From IMG/VR virus record IMGVR_UViG_2667527573_000005, positions 62,001 to 126,000 of that record: a DNA stretch of 64,000 bases; one strand, written 5' to 3'. Shown here piece by piece: positions 18,224-27,815 of this stretch. The DNA comes from an uncultured virus (IMG/VR IMGVR_UViG_2667527573_000005). Taxonomy: Duplodnaviria; Heunggongvirae; Uroviricota; Caudoviricetes. The notes below the pieces were generated by a model that was given only the letters and a program-made list of their open reading frames with translations, did no database searches and had not been told where the DNA came from. Made by a program: the position numbers and the translations under genes. How positions within the stretch are numbered: position 1 is the stretch's first letter; every line of letters begins with the position of its first letter.

Positions 18224-18724
18224 CTATTCCCACTTTTCATCATCTGATATCCATTTATTTGCCCGTAAATCCAATGATTTATAATCATCATGAATAACAA
18301 AGTATGAAGGCAAGTTCATTTTATGACCTTGAGCTACTTTCCAACACTCACAAAACCACTCTGTGAATGCTTTATGTTCTTCCCTTTCTATTTCAATATC
18401 GTTGTTTTCATAAAACTCATCAAATTCCTTTTTATTCTCCCTAGATAGTTGAAAATATTTAATATCAGGTATAACTTGAGTGCTCCCTGAAAAAATTGTT
18501 TTGTCTTCTCCTTCATAAAACACTTCGCTTGCCTCTTTATCCATTGAAAACATTCTTATTGATATCTCAAATCTTGTTGGATCAATAAAGGCCATGTAGT
18601 CCACTAAATCAATATCAATATAAAAATTGTAGTTGATTGTTTTTTTGATTTCCCTTGCTAATAAAATTGAGTGTTGGTCGAGATTTTGCTTAACTGTTTT
18701 GATATAGTCTTCCAGTGAGAACAT
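18224..18724 (-). CDS. Acidic hypothetical protein
   Basis: 166 aa, RBS AAGGGG. Confidence 0.75.
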   Translation of the reverse strand: MFSLEDYIKTVKQNLDQHSILLAREIKKTINYNFYIDIDLVDYMAFIDPTRFEISIRMFSMDKEASEVFYEGEDKTIFSGSTQVIPDIKYFQLSRENKKEFDEFYENNDIEIEREEHKAFTEWFCECWKVAQGHKMNLPSYFVIHDDYKSLDLRANKWISDDEKWE

Positions 18725-18888
18725 TTAATTACCCCTTTTCTTATTTGTTTGCTTAATAAAGTAGTAAACCACCCATCCAATTAAGATGACAGACAGCCCC
18801 CAATACTTTTGCTCAGTTGGAAGCATGTTAAAATAGCTAAGACTAGTGACGGCAACATAATCATGTAGTATTTCTTTCTATTTTTCAT
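18725..18888 (-). pseudogene. Possible frameshifted small membrane-protein gene
   Basis: RBS+ATG MKNRKKYYMIML...; a second frame (YWGLSVILIGWVVYYFIKQTNKKRGN) stops adjacent to the next ATG; span 164 nt. Confidence 0.35.
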
Positions 18889-18984
18889 AATCTTCTTCCC
18901 CTTTTTATTAATAAACTTAATACGCATATATCGCCTATTAATTTCGATAATAAATCTCGAAATTAAAAATTTTTGAAATTAATG

Positions 18985-19070
18985 TTTACAAGAATAAAAA
19001 TAAAATATATAATCAAGTCACCTGCTAAACACAGGAATTTTTATTATTTTTATTTAGAATAAAAATAATA
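18985..19070 (+). promoter_or_regulatory. SigA promoter of yonP-yonO with operator-like repeat in the spacer
   Basis: TTTACA-17-TATAAT (18985-19013), spacer contains AGAATAAAAATAAAA; near-copy at 19056-19070. Confidence 0.8.
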
Positions 19071-19090
19071 TTACTAATGGAGGTGATTGA

Positions 19091-19270
19091 ATGAACAAAC
19101 AGTATATGTTTAGTAACTTAATTGGTTTTCTTGAAACTAAAGTTATTAATGAAACAGCAACACCAGAAGAAGAAAACCTTTATCAAGACTATTTGTGGTA
19201 CGGAACAGTTAATAAAAAAAGTCATACATACAGAAATTTAGTGTCTCAATATTTAAATAGTAGTTATTAA
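19091..19270 (+). CDS. yonP: YonP-like small protein (59 aa)
   Basis: RBS GGAGGTG; MNKQYMFSNLIGFLETKVINETATPEEENLYQDYLWYG...; precedes yonO. Confidence 0.75.
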   Translation: MNKQYMFSNLIGFLETKVINETATPEEENLYQDYLWYGTVNKKSHTYRNLVSQYLNSSY

Positions 19271-19314
19271 GAATAAAAATAAAATAGTTTATTAATTTAC
19301 AAGGGGAGAATTTA

Positions 19315-21843
19315 TTGAAAGGAAAAAAAGACGGTCTTAATAAGCAAGTACATATTTACAGTATTGATACTTCTGCTTTTTATAATGATCAAGAAAACAA
19401 ATTACATAACAAGATTTTAAAATCATATAGGTACAGAGATTATCTCAAAAAACTTGAACATGTTGATAAAAAACATAAGAAGTACATAATGCAAAGGATT
19501 ATTTCCTTAAAAGAAAAGCTTTATAGCGCCTTTAACAATCATAATCAAATAAGAACACTTAGAACAGATTCCCTGAAAGATAATAATGTGATTTCATTAT
19601 TTGATTCAGTCTTAACTCGAACGTTGGGAATCAAAGAAAATTCTCTCTCTGAAGAGATCATGGTTGTCCAAACTTATCACTTTCAAATTTTAAGGGACAT
19701 TATTGATAAAGGATTCATACATAACAATGAGAAATACGTTTATTTCACTAGCAGTGCCGGTCAAATACGAACCAAAAAGTCTTGTTTTATCAAGCAAGGC
19801 ACCTTAGATAAGTATCAAAATGCTTTAACTAGTGGCCTTAGTGTGGAGCAAATCAATGCTCAAGGTGGGAGTAGCATAAACAAATGGAATAGCTACATGG
19901 CCTTATCGAATAGCGCCAGCAGTCCATGGGAGATTGATATTGATAAAGCAATTGTCGTAAATGACTTAGAAACAAACGTTTCCAGCCTGGTTGATTATAT
20001 TGACCGTGATACATATGAAATCACTCGTAAGATTATGGATATTCCTATAGAACATACAGATGGTTGCGGAATGATGCTTCCCAGTTTGAGCCAGAAAAGC
20101 TTTATGGTCAGATTACCTTGGGTTAAGGGTCTGCTAGTTCCATTTGATTTTAGAAAGTTTGCTGAAAAACACAGTTCATTTATAGTTAAGGACGTCTACG
20201 GTAAAGAATGGGACATTATTAAAGATGATATCCAAATAATTTTTACGAAAAGCCAGTTTAAGATGTGGAAGTACTATGATTCTTGGGATGATTATCGCTA
20301 TAAATTTAAAAAGTATGGATGTTTAGGAGCTAAATTAAATGAAGAAGATCCATCTGTTGAGGGAAAACTGACTTACCAGATGCTACAAACACTCACGGAT
20401 ATCACAGATGAGGAATTGAAACAAATCAGCTCAAAGACTGTTAGTGAGATTACTCAATTAGGCACTGATAAAGAAACAATGATGAAAGTTTTAGGGGCTA
20501 CCGAGAAAAATAAACATAAGACAAGCCTTCAAGAAGCTCTACTAATATATCCTGAGCTGCTAAATGATGACCATACCAAAGAAATCATTAAGAATAAGAA
20601 GAAGAGTATGATTAAGGACGCCAAATCAGGGAAATTACTTGTCAGTGACGCCAGGTATACATATTTATGTCCTGATCTATATGCTTTTTGTGAAAGACTG
20701 TTTCTTGGAATTGAGAATCCAAAAGGACTTCTCACCGGCAGCAATGTTTATTGTTCTTTATATGATGAAGGGCATATTGATATCCTCCGCTCCCCTCACC
20801 TATACAGAGAACATGGAGTTAGATGGAACAAGAAAGACGAGGAATATGATAAGTGGTTCATTACCCCAGGTGTTTATACCAGCATTCATGATCCTATATC
20901 CAAGCTGCTGCAGTTTGACAATGACGGGGATAAGGCCTTAATTATTTCTGATGAGCTAATCGTCAATATTGCCAAACGTAATATGGAGAACATCGTTCCT
21001 TTGTATTATGAAATGTCTGTAGCCCAGAAACAAGAGATTAATAGCAGAAACATCTATGAAGCACTAACTCTTGCTTATGGAATCAATATCGGGGAGTACA
21101 GTAACAATATCACTAAGATATGGAACAGTGACAATATAAACCTGGACGTGATCAAATGGTTATGCATGGAGAATAACTTTACTATCGATTTTGCAAAAAC
21201 CTTATTCATGCCCACCCGCCCTGATCACGTTGATGAGAAAATCAAAGACTACATAAAAAATAAAGTGCCCCATTTCTTCATCAGTGCAAAGGATAAAGAA
21301 GAACATAGCGTAGAGTTGATTAATGAAAGTACAGTAAATAAGTTAGACTCAATTATCCCTAATGACCGAATCAACTTTAACACAGTTGCTGGAAAATTTG
21401 ATTACCGTTTCTTACTCAAAAACAAAAAGGTGAAGCTAGATGAAGTATTAATAAATGAATATAAACTGCTTGACCGCAACAAAAAATGGCTTATGAATGA
21501 TGAAGATTTAAAACCTGGGCAAAAGCTTTATGTCTACAAGATTATAAAAGATAGATTAATGGATTTACATGACAATGAGCATTATATTACAGATGTTTTG
21601 GTAAAGCATCTATATAAGAAAAAGAGCAAATTTAAATCTACTTTGTGGGAATGTTTTGGAGAGGTTATTTTAGAAAATATACGGGACAATTTTAAAAATT
21701 TTAAAGCTTGTTATAGTTGTGGAAGTATGTATAAGTCAGCCTCAAATAAATCTAAATACTGCACTAAATGTGCTTTAGAAACTGAAAAAAAGAACCATCG
21801 AGTAAGACAAAAAAAATACAGCAAGAAGAAAATGACGAAATAG
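19315..21843 (+). CDS. yonO: YonO single-subunit DNA-dependent RNA polymerase
   Basis: [18 protein letters not shown] catalytic DxDGD; 842 aa; C-terminal CxxC..CxxC. Confidence 0.95.
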   Translation: MKGKKDGLNKQVHIYSIDTSAFYNDQENKLHNKILKSYRYRDYLKKLEHVDKKHKKYIMQRIISLKEKLYSAFNNHNQIRTLRTDSLKDNNVISLFDSVLTRTLGIKENSLSEEIMVVQTYHFQILRDIIDKGFIHNNEKYVYFTSSAGQIRTKKSCFIKQGTLDKYQNALTSGLSVEQINAQGGSSINKWNSYMALSNSASSPWEIDIDKAIVVNDLETNVSSLVDYIDRDTYEITRKIMDIPIEHTDGCGMMLPSLSQKSFMVRLPWVKGLLVPFDFRKFAEKHSSFIVKDVYGKEWDIIKDDIQIIFTKSQFKMWKYYDSWDDYRYKFKKYGCLGAKLNEEDPSVEGKLTYQMLQTLTDITDEELKQISSKTVSEITQLGTDKETMMKVLGATEKNKHKTSLQEALLIYPELLNDDHTKEIIKNKKKSMIKDAKSGKLLVSDARYTYLCPDLYAFCERLFLGIENPKGLLTGSNVYCSLYDEGHIDILRSPHLYREHGVRWNKKDEEYDKWFITPGVYTSIHDPISKLLQFDNDGDKALIISDELIVNIAKRNMENIVPLYYEMSVAQKQEINSRNIYEALTLAYGINIGEYSNNITKIWNSDNINLDVIKWLCMENNFTIDFAKTLFMPTRPDHVDEKIKDYIKNKVPHFFISAKDKEEHSVELINESTVNKLDSIIPNDRINFNTVAGKFDYRFLLKNKKVKLDEVLINEYKLLDRNKKWLMNDEDLKPGQKLYVYKIIKDRLMDLHDNEHYITDVLVKHLYKKKSKFKSTLWECFGEVILENIRDNFKNFKACYSCGSMYKSASNKSKYCTKCALETEKKNHRVRQKKYSKKKMTK

Positions 21844-22096
21844 AAAGTGCCTTGAGCCTTACTCCCCCAAGGGCTACAGCGTTTCTCGGCAAAAAAGAAT
21901 TAACAAAAAAGCACCTTGAACCCTTGGTACGACTGGGCTGAAAGCCCCTTTTGAGATAATCGCCATAAGGGAGAAAGAAAGCTAATTTCCACATAAAAGG
22001 GTGAGTAAGTCTCCCGTTTTTTTAAAAAAATCACAAACGTTACCGTAATTATACTTTAACACAGAAATAAACAAAATCACTAGGAGGAATTAAAAC

Positions 22097-22372
22097 ATGA
22101 ACAAAACAGAATTTGTTGGAGCAGTTTCAGAAAAATTAGGTGTTACTAAGAAAGAAGCTACTCCTAAAGTTGAAGCAGTATTTAATGTCATCGTTGAAAC
22201 ACTAGCAAAAGGTGAATCAATCAAGATTCCTGGAGTTGGTACATTTGAAGTTCGTGAACGTGCAGCTCGTAAAGGGAGAAATATCCAAACTGGCGAGGAA
22301 ATCGAAATCCCTGCTTCAAAAGCAGTGAAATTTAAACCTGCAAAAGCTTTAAAAGATTCAGTCAAACAATAA
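22097..22372 (+). CDS. yonN: HU-family DNA-binding protein
   Basis: MNKTEF...IPGVGTFEVRERAARKGRNIQTGEEIEIPASKAVKFKPAKALKD. Confidence 0.95.
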   Translation: MNKTEFVGAVSEKLGVTKKEATPKVEAVFNVIVETLAKGESIKIPGVGTFEVRERAARKGRNIQTGEEIEIPASKAVKFKPAKALKDSVKQ

Positions 22373-22437
22373 TAAAATAATGTGGTGAGTCAAGGAAGGG
22401 TAAGCTCCTTCCCCCACTCCATTCAAGGAGTGAGCGA

Positions 22438-23403
22438 ATGCTACTAATGCCATACGAAGAATACATTAAAGTCAACTTGTATTCCCATAGGAAAATTCCG
22501 TTTTCTTGTGACTATTGCAACAAGCGATTCTTTAGGAGAAAAATCAACCACACAAAAATCTCAAACAAAAATGACTGTCTCATTGAAAAAGACTGTTGTA
22601 AAGAATGTATCAAGTATAAAAATACTGAGGCATTGTTTAAAAGTTTAAACTGCCAAAATACTGACTTGATGATTAAACATATGGTAAATAAAAAAATAAA
22701 GACTTTATCTGGTGTGTATTCAATTAGAGATAAACAAAACAATAAGAAATATATAGGTTCTTCTAAAGACCTTGTTCAAAGGTTTAAAGCTCATCTTTTA
22801 GATATGAAAAATAAAGATCATCATATAAGTGAATTTAATTCCTTAGATCCAAAGCATCTTGAATTTAATATTATTGAATATGACACAGCTTTACCAGATT
22901 TAATAATCCGAGAATATCATTTTATTAACCTGTATAATTCTCATGATCCTCTTCATGGCTACAATACAATGCATACCAAAAGAAACACAGTAAGAAGTAC
23001 TTTAAAACCTTCTAAAAAAAGTATTGAAGCCAGACTCAATTCCTCAAAGTTTACACTTCAACAGATCAAATATATCAAAAAGGCACTTTATAATGGAGAA
23101 CGAATTAAAGATCTTGCACTTGAATTTAATTGTAAAGAAGCCACAATACATAGTATAAAAAGTTGCTCTACTTGGGAAAATGTTTTACCTGAATTGAATG
23201 AAAAACTAAGGAAATTAACATACGTTGGCATTCACAAAGGAGAAAATAATGCGTGTTCAAAACTAAATGAAACAATGGTTAAAGAAATAAAAACACTGAT
23301 TATTTCAGGACTCCCTCTGGTGACCATCGCTAAAAAATTCAACGTAAGCTCTACAACTATTGGACATATAAAAAGAGGTAAGCTATGGTCTCATGTAAGT
23401 TAA
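22438..23403 (+). CDS. Free-standing GIY-YIG homing endonuclease
   Basis: SGVYSI...KYIGSS...QRF..H; N-terminal Cys cluster; two C-terminal HTH-like repeats (IHSIK..TWENV, IGHIKRGKLWSHV). Confidence 0.85.
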   Translation: MLLMPYEEYIKVNLYSHRKIPFSCDYCNKRFFRRKINHTKISNKNDCLIEKDCCKECIKYKNTEALFKSLNCQNTDLMIKHMVNKKIKTLSGVYSIRDKQNNKKYIGSSKDLVQRFKAHLLDMKNKDHHISEFNSLDPKHLEFNIIEYDTALPDLIIREYHFINLYNSHDPLHGYNTMHTKRNTVRSTLKPSKKSIEARLNSSKFTLQQIKYIKKALYNGERIKDLALEFNCKEATIHSIKSCSTWENVLPELNEKLRKLTYVGIHKGENNACSKLNETMVKEIKTLIISGLPLVTIAKKFNVSSTTIGHIKRGKLWSHVS

Positions 23404-23447
23404 AGCAGTGAAAGCTTAATGTAGTATCCTTACTCCCTTTTCCCTAG

Positions 23448-23584
23448 AATGCGGTGGCGAAAAAGGTAAACGCGTAGATCGAGGTGGTATGACTGACCTT
23501 CGGGAATCTCGAGGCCAACCTTCAAGGAAAGACTAATAGTTGGCGAATTGTCATCCATGAGAGGTGCAAATCCTCTCCCGCATT
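23448..23584 (+). ncRNA. tRNA-like RNA with ~84-nt branched insert replacing the anticodon arm
   Basis: Acceptor AATGCGG/CCGCATT, U8G9, D arm GCG-AAAAAGGTAAA-CGC, T arm GAGAGG-TGCAAAT-CCTCTC. Confidence 0.6.
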
Positions 23585-23594
23585 TCATCTCCAG

Positions 23595-24500
23595 GTTTAT
23601 TAATTAGAGTTCTTTATTGATGGCATGGGGATGCCGTCAATAATTAGTTGATTACTGATATTTGGGATATCAGTTCTCGACTAATGTTCATTTATTAAGG
23701 TAAAGACTAATCTAAATGAATATTAGTGGAGATTCCTCTCCAGTGTGGACTAGCTTTTCTTGATTAAACAATATCTACTCCCCTATTTTCTGTATCATTC
23801 TGACTCAAACTGCGGTTGGTCATTGTAGTTAGTCGGATAATGGTCATTTATGAGGATGCGAGGTTAACTCGGATGTCTGTATCTAAAGGAGACAGGTAAA
23901 TGACTATTATCGGGCTAAACATGTTGGTAAGACCTATGCTACTCAAGCTGAAAAATTGCTGTTTTGTAGGGTGAATCCCATCACAGTCTTACTATGGGTG
24001 ACATGTAGCCTGAATATTAATTGCGGTGTAATGCTTCGGCTTGCACTTAGGTAAGGTAGATGCGTCTCCCTTCCCTTTAAATAATGCCCTTGTAAGCTTT
24101 GATGCTTATTATGCGGCCACATAAAAATTTTTCCGGGTTAGCGAGTCTTCTATACTCGTAAAATAAGTGAAATAGTGTTTGGGCGCTTGATCACCGCTCT
24201 CATTTCACAGAAAAGGATTATTTTCGGTCTTGTCTTTTCATTTTCACTTAGGAACATATTCACTATTTATTCGCTACTTCTCCTTCAATGTTCTGAATGG
24301 AGACTTACCTTTCCCATGCACATACCTCCTTACACGGGTCAGAGAAAACTGTGCAAAATAAATGGCGAGCGTTTGAGACGCTTTGTTTCTCAATAAGGCG
24401 TGTAACCTGACAAGAGAGACTGAAAATGCCATTGAGAAGGCTTATAATGGGTCTTTACTTCTCAACCATATAAAATAAGCCGCCCATGAAAGACGGCTTA
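23595..24500 (+). ncRNA. Candidate large highly structured non-coding RNA
   Basis: No RBS-supported ORF; many nested helices (up to 15 bp) whose mismatches are G-U on the plus strand. Confidence 0.6.
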
Positions 24501-24551
24501 ATCTTACAAGTTCAGTTAATATTATTTTAAATATTTTTTAGGAGGAATGAA

Positions 24552-24728
24552 ATGAAAATTGAAATTTTCACTAACAGACTATTCCTGGGTTGTTTTGACG
24601 CTGAAGATTTTTTTCTAAGCAATGAATCTCTTGCGGTTGGTACAATTATTCAGATTGCAGATAAAGATTACTGTATAGTAACAATCTCTATAATTGAACC
24701 TTCCAAGATGTTGATAGAGGTCTGTTAA
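24552..24728 (+). CDS. Small hypothetical protein (58 aa)
   Basis: RBS AGGAGG; MKIEIFTNRLFLGCFDAEDFF...LIEVC. Confidence 0.6.
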   Translation: MKIEIFTNRLFLGCFDAEDFFLSNESLAVGTIIQIADKDYCIVTISIIEPSKMLIEVC

Positions 24729-25079
24729 TCCACTCTCACTTTACATTATTCGACATTTTTCCGATTTTCCCTTCAAAAATTTTCAATCATCTTTAAAATA
24801 CACTCCTTGAGTATCTTTACAGATGAATAGCCAAGACTATTGGGTCAATTATGCAATTAGAACTAGGGCATATAAAAACATAGAGCCTTTTTACGCTTAC
24901 GAGCCTTCCGGTACGCAAGTATGTCAATCAATAATCTCCTTCGGGCGTTTCCCCAACGCCTATCCGACTTATCTTTCATCTCCTTTATATCCCCTTCTCG
25001 GACGTTACCGATGCTTCGGATCATCGGGCTTCCGAAGGAGCTTATTGTACGTAAATAGAAAATTATTGGAGGAATTTAA

Positions 25080-25271
25080 ATGGCAAGCAAAAAAGTGCAT
25101 CAAATTAATGTTAAAGGCTTTTTCGATATGGACGTAATGGAAGTTACTGAACAAACTAAAGAAGCTGAATATACATATGACTTCAAAGAAATTCTTTCAG
25201 AGTTTAATGGAAAGAATGTTTCAATTACTGTAAAAGAAGAAAATGAACTTCCTGTTAAAGACGTTGAGTAA
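25080..25271 (+). CDS. yonK: YonK protein
   Basis: MASKKVHQINVKGFFDMDVMEVTEQTKE; 63 aa; RBS GGAGG. Confidence 0.88.
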   Translation: MASKKVHQINVKGFFDMDVMEVTEQTKEAEYTYDFKEILSEFNGKNVSITVKEENELPVKDVE

Positions 25272-25287
25272 GGCGGTGACTGACTGA

Positions 25288-26505
25288 ATGATCGATCCTG
25301 TTCAAACTAAGCGTCACTCAGATGAAAACCTTAAAGAATGGAAAATAAGAATCTGCTCTAATAAAGACATTTATAATCTAAACTGGGAAGAAATCAAAGA
25401 GTTAATCAACAAGGAAACCGGCGAATCTAAAGGTGAATCAGCTTATAGAAAATGGTTCAACAACTTCATTGAGGGGGTTGAATACCAAAAAGAAAAGTCA
25501 GCTGAATCAAATAATTCTCTCCTTGAATTGGAACTGAAAAAGGTTGAAATCATGGAAGAGAGAAAAAAGCTTCAAGCTGTAAAGCATGAAATACATAAAA
25601 ATACACGTGTCAAAGGTCGAACAGAGCTTCTATATGAAAATGTAACTGAAGCAATTGAGAAAGTAGGTACTCTCCCTCCCCCTTCCTTCTATCCGTTAAA
25701 TAAGAGCGAAAGAAAAAGAGCTGCTGTTCTAGGGTTTGGAGATGAACACTTCGGGAAGCAATTTAAAAGCAACAACAATGAATACAACGAACAGATTTAT
25801 TTGCAGCGTATGAATCAGATTCTTTCTGAAACTGTTGAGTACATTCAAAAAGAAAATTTAGATGAGCTGGTCGTGTTAAATGGTGCTGACAGTGTTGAAG
25901 GTATGGCATTGCGCGTATCGCAATTAACTGCCCTTCAGTACGGTTTTATTGACCAAGTGATTAAATACTCTAGGTACAAAGCTGAATGGCTTTTAGAGCT
26001 TTCTAAGCACGTCAAAATTAAGTACATACATATCCCTTCTGCAAATCATACTGAACTAAGATTACATAATACAAATCGCTCGGAAATGCCTAAAGAAGAT
26101 GTAGAGCGTATTATCGCTACTTATATCCATGACGTACTCAAAGACAATGAGCGAATTGAAGTTCCTTTATACGACGAAGGAATTGTGGATTTTAAATTAC
26201 TTGAATTTGAAATTGTTGCTTGTCACGGACACCAGATTAAAAACAAAAAGAATGCCATTCGTGACATCTCACAGATGAAACGAAAATTCTACGATTACAT
26301 GTACATCTCCCACTTCCACCACGGGAATATGCTTACTGTAGGTGAAGCAGCCACTCATAATATCCAGGTAATACAACTTCCTTCTGTTATGGGTTCCGAT
26401 GAATACAGTGACAGCTTAATGACAGGTGCAAAAGCTGGAGCAAACCTATCAATTTATGAGTCTGGCAAAGGTCGGACTATTCAGTACGATTACATATTGA
26501 ATTAA
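25288..26505 (+). CDS. yonJ: YonJ metallophosphoesterase (calcineurin-like) with N-terminal helical domain
   Basis: GDEHFG, GADSVEG, ANH, CHGH, SHFHH; 405 aa. Confidence 0.85.
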   Translation: MIDPVQTKRHSDENLKEWKIRICSNKDIYNLNWEEIKELINKETGESKGESAYRKWFNNFIEGVEYQKEKSAESNNSLLELELKKVEIMEERKKLQAVKHEIHKNTRVKGRTELLYENVTEAIEKVGTLPPPSFYPLNKSERKRAAVLGFGDEHFGKQFKSNNNEYNEQIYLQRMNQILSETVEYIQKENLDELVVLNGADSVEGMALRVSQLTALQYGFIDQVIKYSRYKAEWLLELSKHVKIKYIHIPSANHTELRLHNTNRSEMPKEDVERIIATYIHDVLKDNERIEVPLYDEGIVDFKLLEFEIVACHGHQIKNKKNAIRDISQMKRKFYDYMYISHFHHGNMLTVGEAATHNIQVIQLPSVMGSDEYSDSLMTGAKAGANLSIYESGKGRTIQYDYILN

Positions 26506-26819
26506 TAAGAAGGAGTAAAATCAAATGAAGACAAAACGAATTAACTGGTCATTGGGTTAATTTCTCAGATGAATTTAAAACGGAGCTTTCCTTAATTATT
26601 GTCAGGTAATTTGTACAACTTAGCCTAATCGAAGTGTTAGGACATTATTTTTTCAACTAAGGGAGCCTCGATGTAGGCTCCTATAAACTTTGCTTAAAAC
26701 TTTAATTTTATCCAGATAAGCACCTTTTTAGAACGCCCAGCGAAGATTGTGGTACTCCCCTTCCACTCTATTGCTGGGCGTTCTAAAAAATGTGTTTACA
26801 TCAACTTTATGGAGGTGAA

Positions 26820-27815
26820 ATGGTGGGTCGAAAACCTAAAGACAAAGAAAAACTGTTATGTGCTGCATGTCAAAAAGAAAAAGACAAAGATTCTGGCTTT
26901 TATAATTCTCGCAGCAAGCTTTACGAAAAAATAGGAAAAGTACCAATTTGTAAATCTTGTCTCAAGAAAAATATAGATTACAACGACATGGACTCTGTAT
27001 ACACTGTCTTACAGCAAATTGATGTCAAATTTGATCCTCTATACTGGGAGCAAGCAGTTCAAAGAAAAACAGACACATTTAGCGCGTATATGACAATGGC
27101 AAATTCCCTAAAGCAGTTTAATGGAACTGGTTGGAAGGATAGTATTCTCGAAGAACAACAAGGAAAAGTTTCTGACACCGAAACTCAGCTTGATTCACTA
27201 GAAGAAGTCTCAGATGAAATAATTGATAAATGGGGAATTGGTTATACAGCCGATGAATACCGCCAGTTTGAAAGGAAGTACAACAAACTCATTCGAAATT
27301 ATGGAGAAAAAACCGCTCTCCATACTGAAGGATTACTCTCCTATATTCGCTTTCGTGTTAAAGAGGAACTAGCTACGGCTAAAGGTGAAGTAAAGGAAGC
27401 TAAAGAGTGGGGACAAATGGCTTCCAAAGCCGCTACTGATGCCAAGATCAACGTTTCTCAGCTAAGCAAAAGTGATATTAGTGGTGGTGTGGATGTGTTG
27501 TCGCAACTCTTCGAAGCAGTTGAAACTGAATTAGGCATCATCCCTCTCCTTCCCCGCCTAACCGCTCAACCTTACGATGATGCTGATTTAATCATTTGGG
27601 CTATAATCAATTATTACAGAAGACTCGAGGATAAAGAAAAAGTAGCTTATAAAGACATATATCATTTTTACGATGAGATGCTCGAAGAAGATTTCAAATC
27701 AAAAGGTCTAACTACAGAAGAAATTGAAAACTTGAAAAAAGCACGAAACAACGTTTTCCGTGACTTAGAAGATGTGTATAAAGAGCCACTTTACGATACT
27801 GGGGATGAAGAATAA
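26820..27815 (+). CDS. Putative terminase small subunit (yonG position)
   Basis: ATG 26820 after GGAGGTG; CAAC..CKSC; stop overlaps large-terminase start. Confidence 0.65.
   Translation: MVGRKPKDKEKLLCAACQKEKDKDSGFYNSRSKLYEKIGKVPICKSCLKKNIDYNDMDSVYTVLQQIDVKFDPLYWEQAVQRKTDTFSAYMTMANSLKQFNGTGWKDSILEEQQGKVSDTETQLDSLEEVSDEIIDKWGIGYTADEYRQFERKYNKLIRNYGEKTALHTEGLLSYIRFRVKEELATAKGEVKEAKEWGQMASKAATDAKINVSQLSKSDISGGVDVLSQLFEAVETELGIIPLLPRLTAQPYDDADLIIWAIINYYRRLEDKEKVAYKDIYHFYDEMLEEDFKSKGLTTEEIENLKKARNNVFRDLEDVYKEPLYDTGDEE

Noticed and set aside
23448..23584. Canonical tRNA or tmRNA
   Set aside because: No 7-nt anticodon loop, atypical T loop, no CCA, and too short for tmRNA with no tag frame
22438..24500. 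Group I or II intron around the GIY-YIG gene and structured region
   Set aside because: No interrupted gene, and I could not find a group I P7 core or group II domain V by eye; a covariance search is needed to exclude it fully
24175..25137. ORF-track entries 24175..24396 and 24823..25137
   Set aside because: No RBS, odd composition, overlap with RNA helices and yonK
26525..26560. 11-codon ORF with RBS after yonJ
   Set aside because: Too short to support; probably a remnant of a deleted gene
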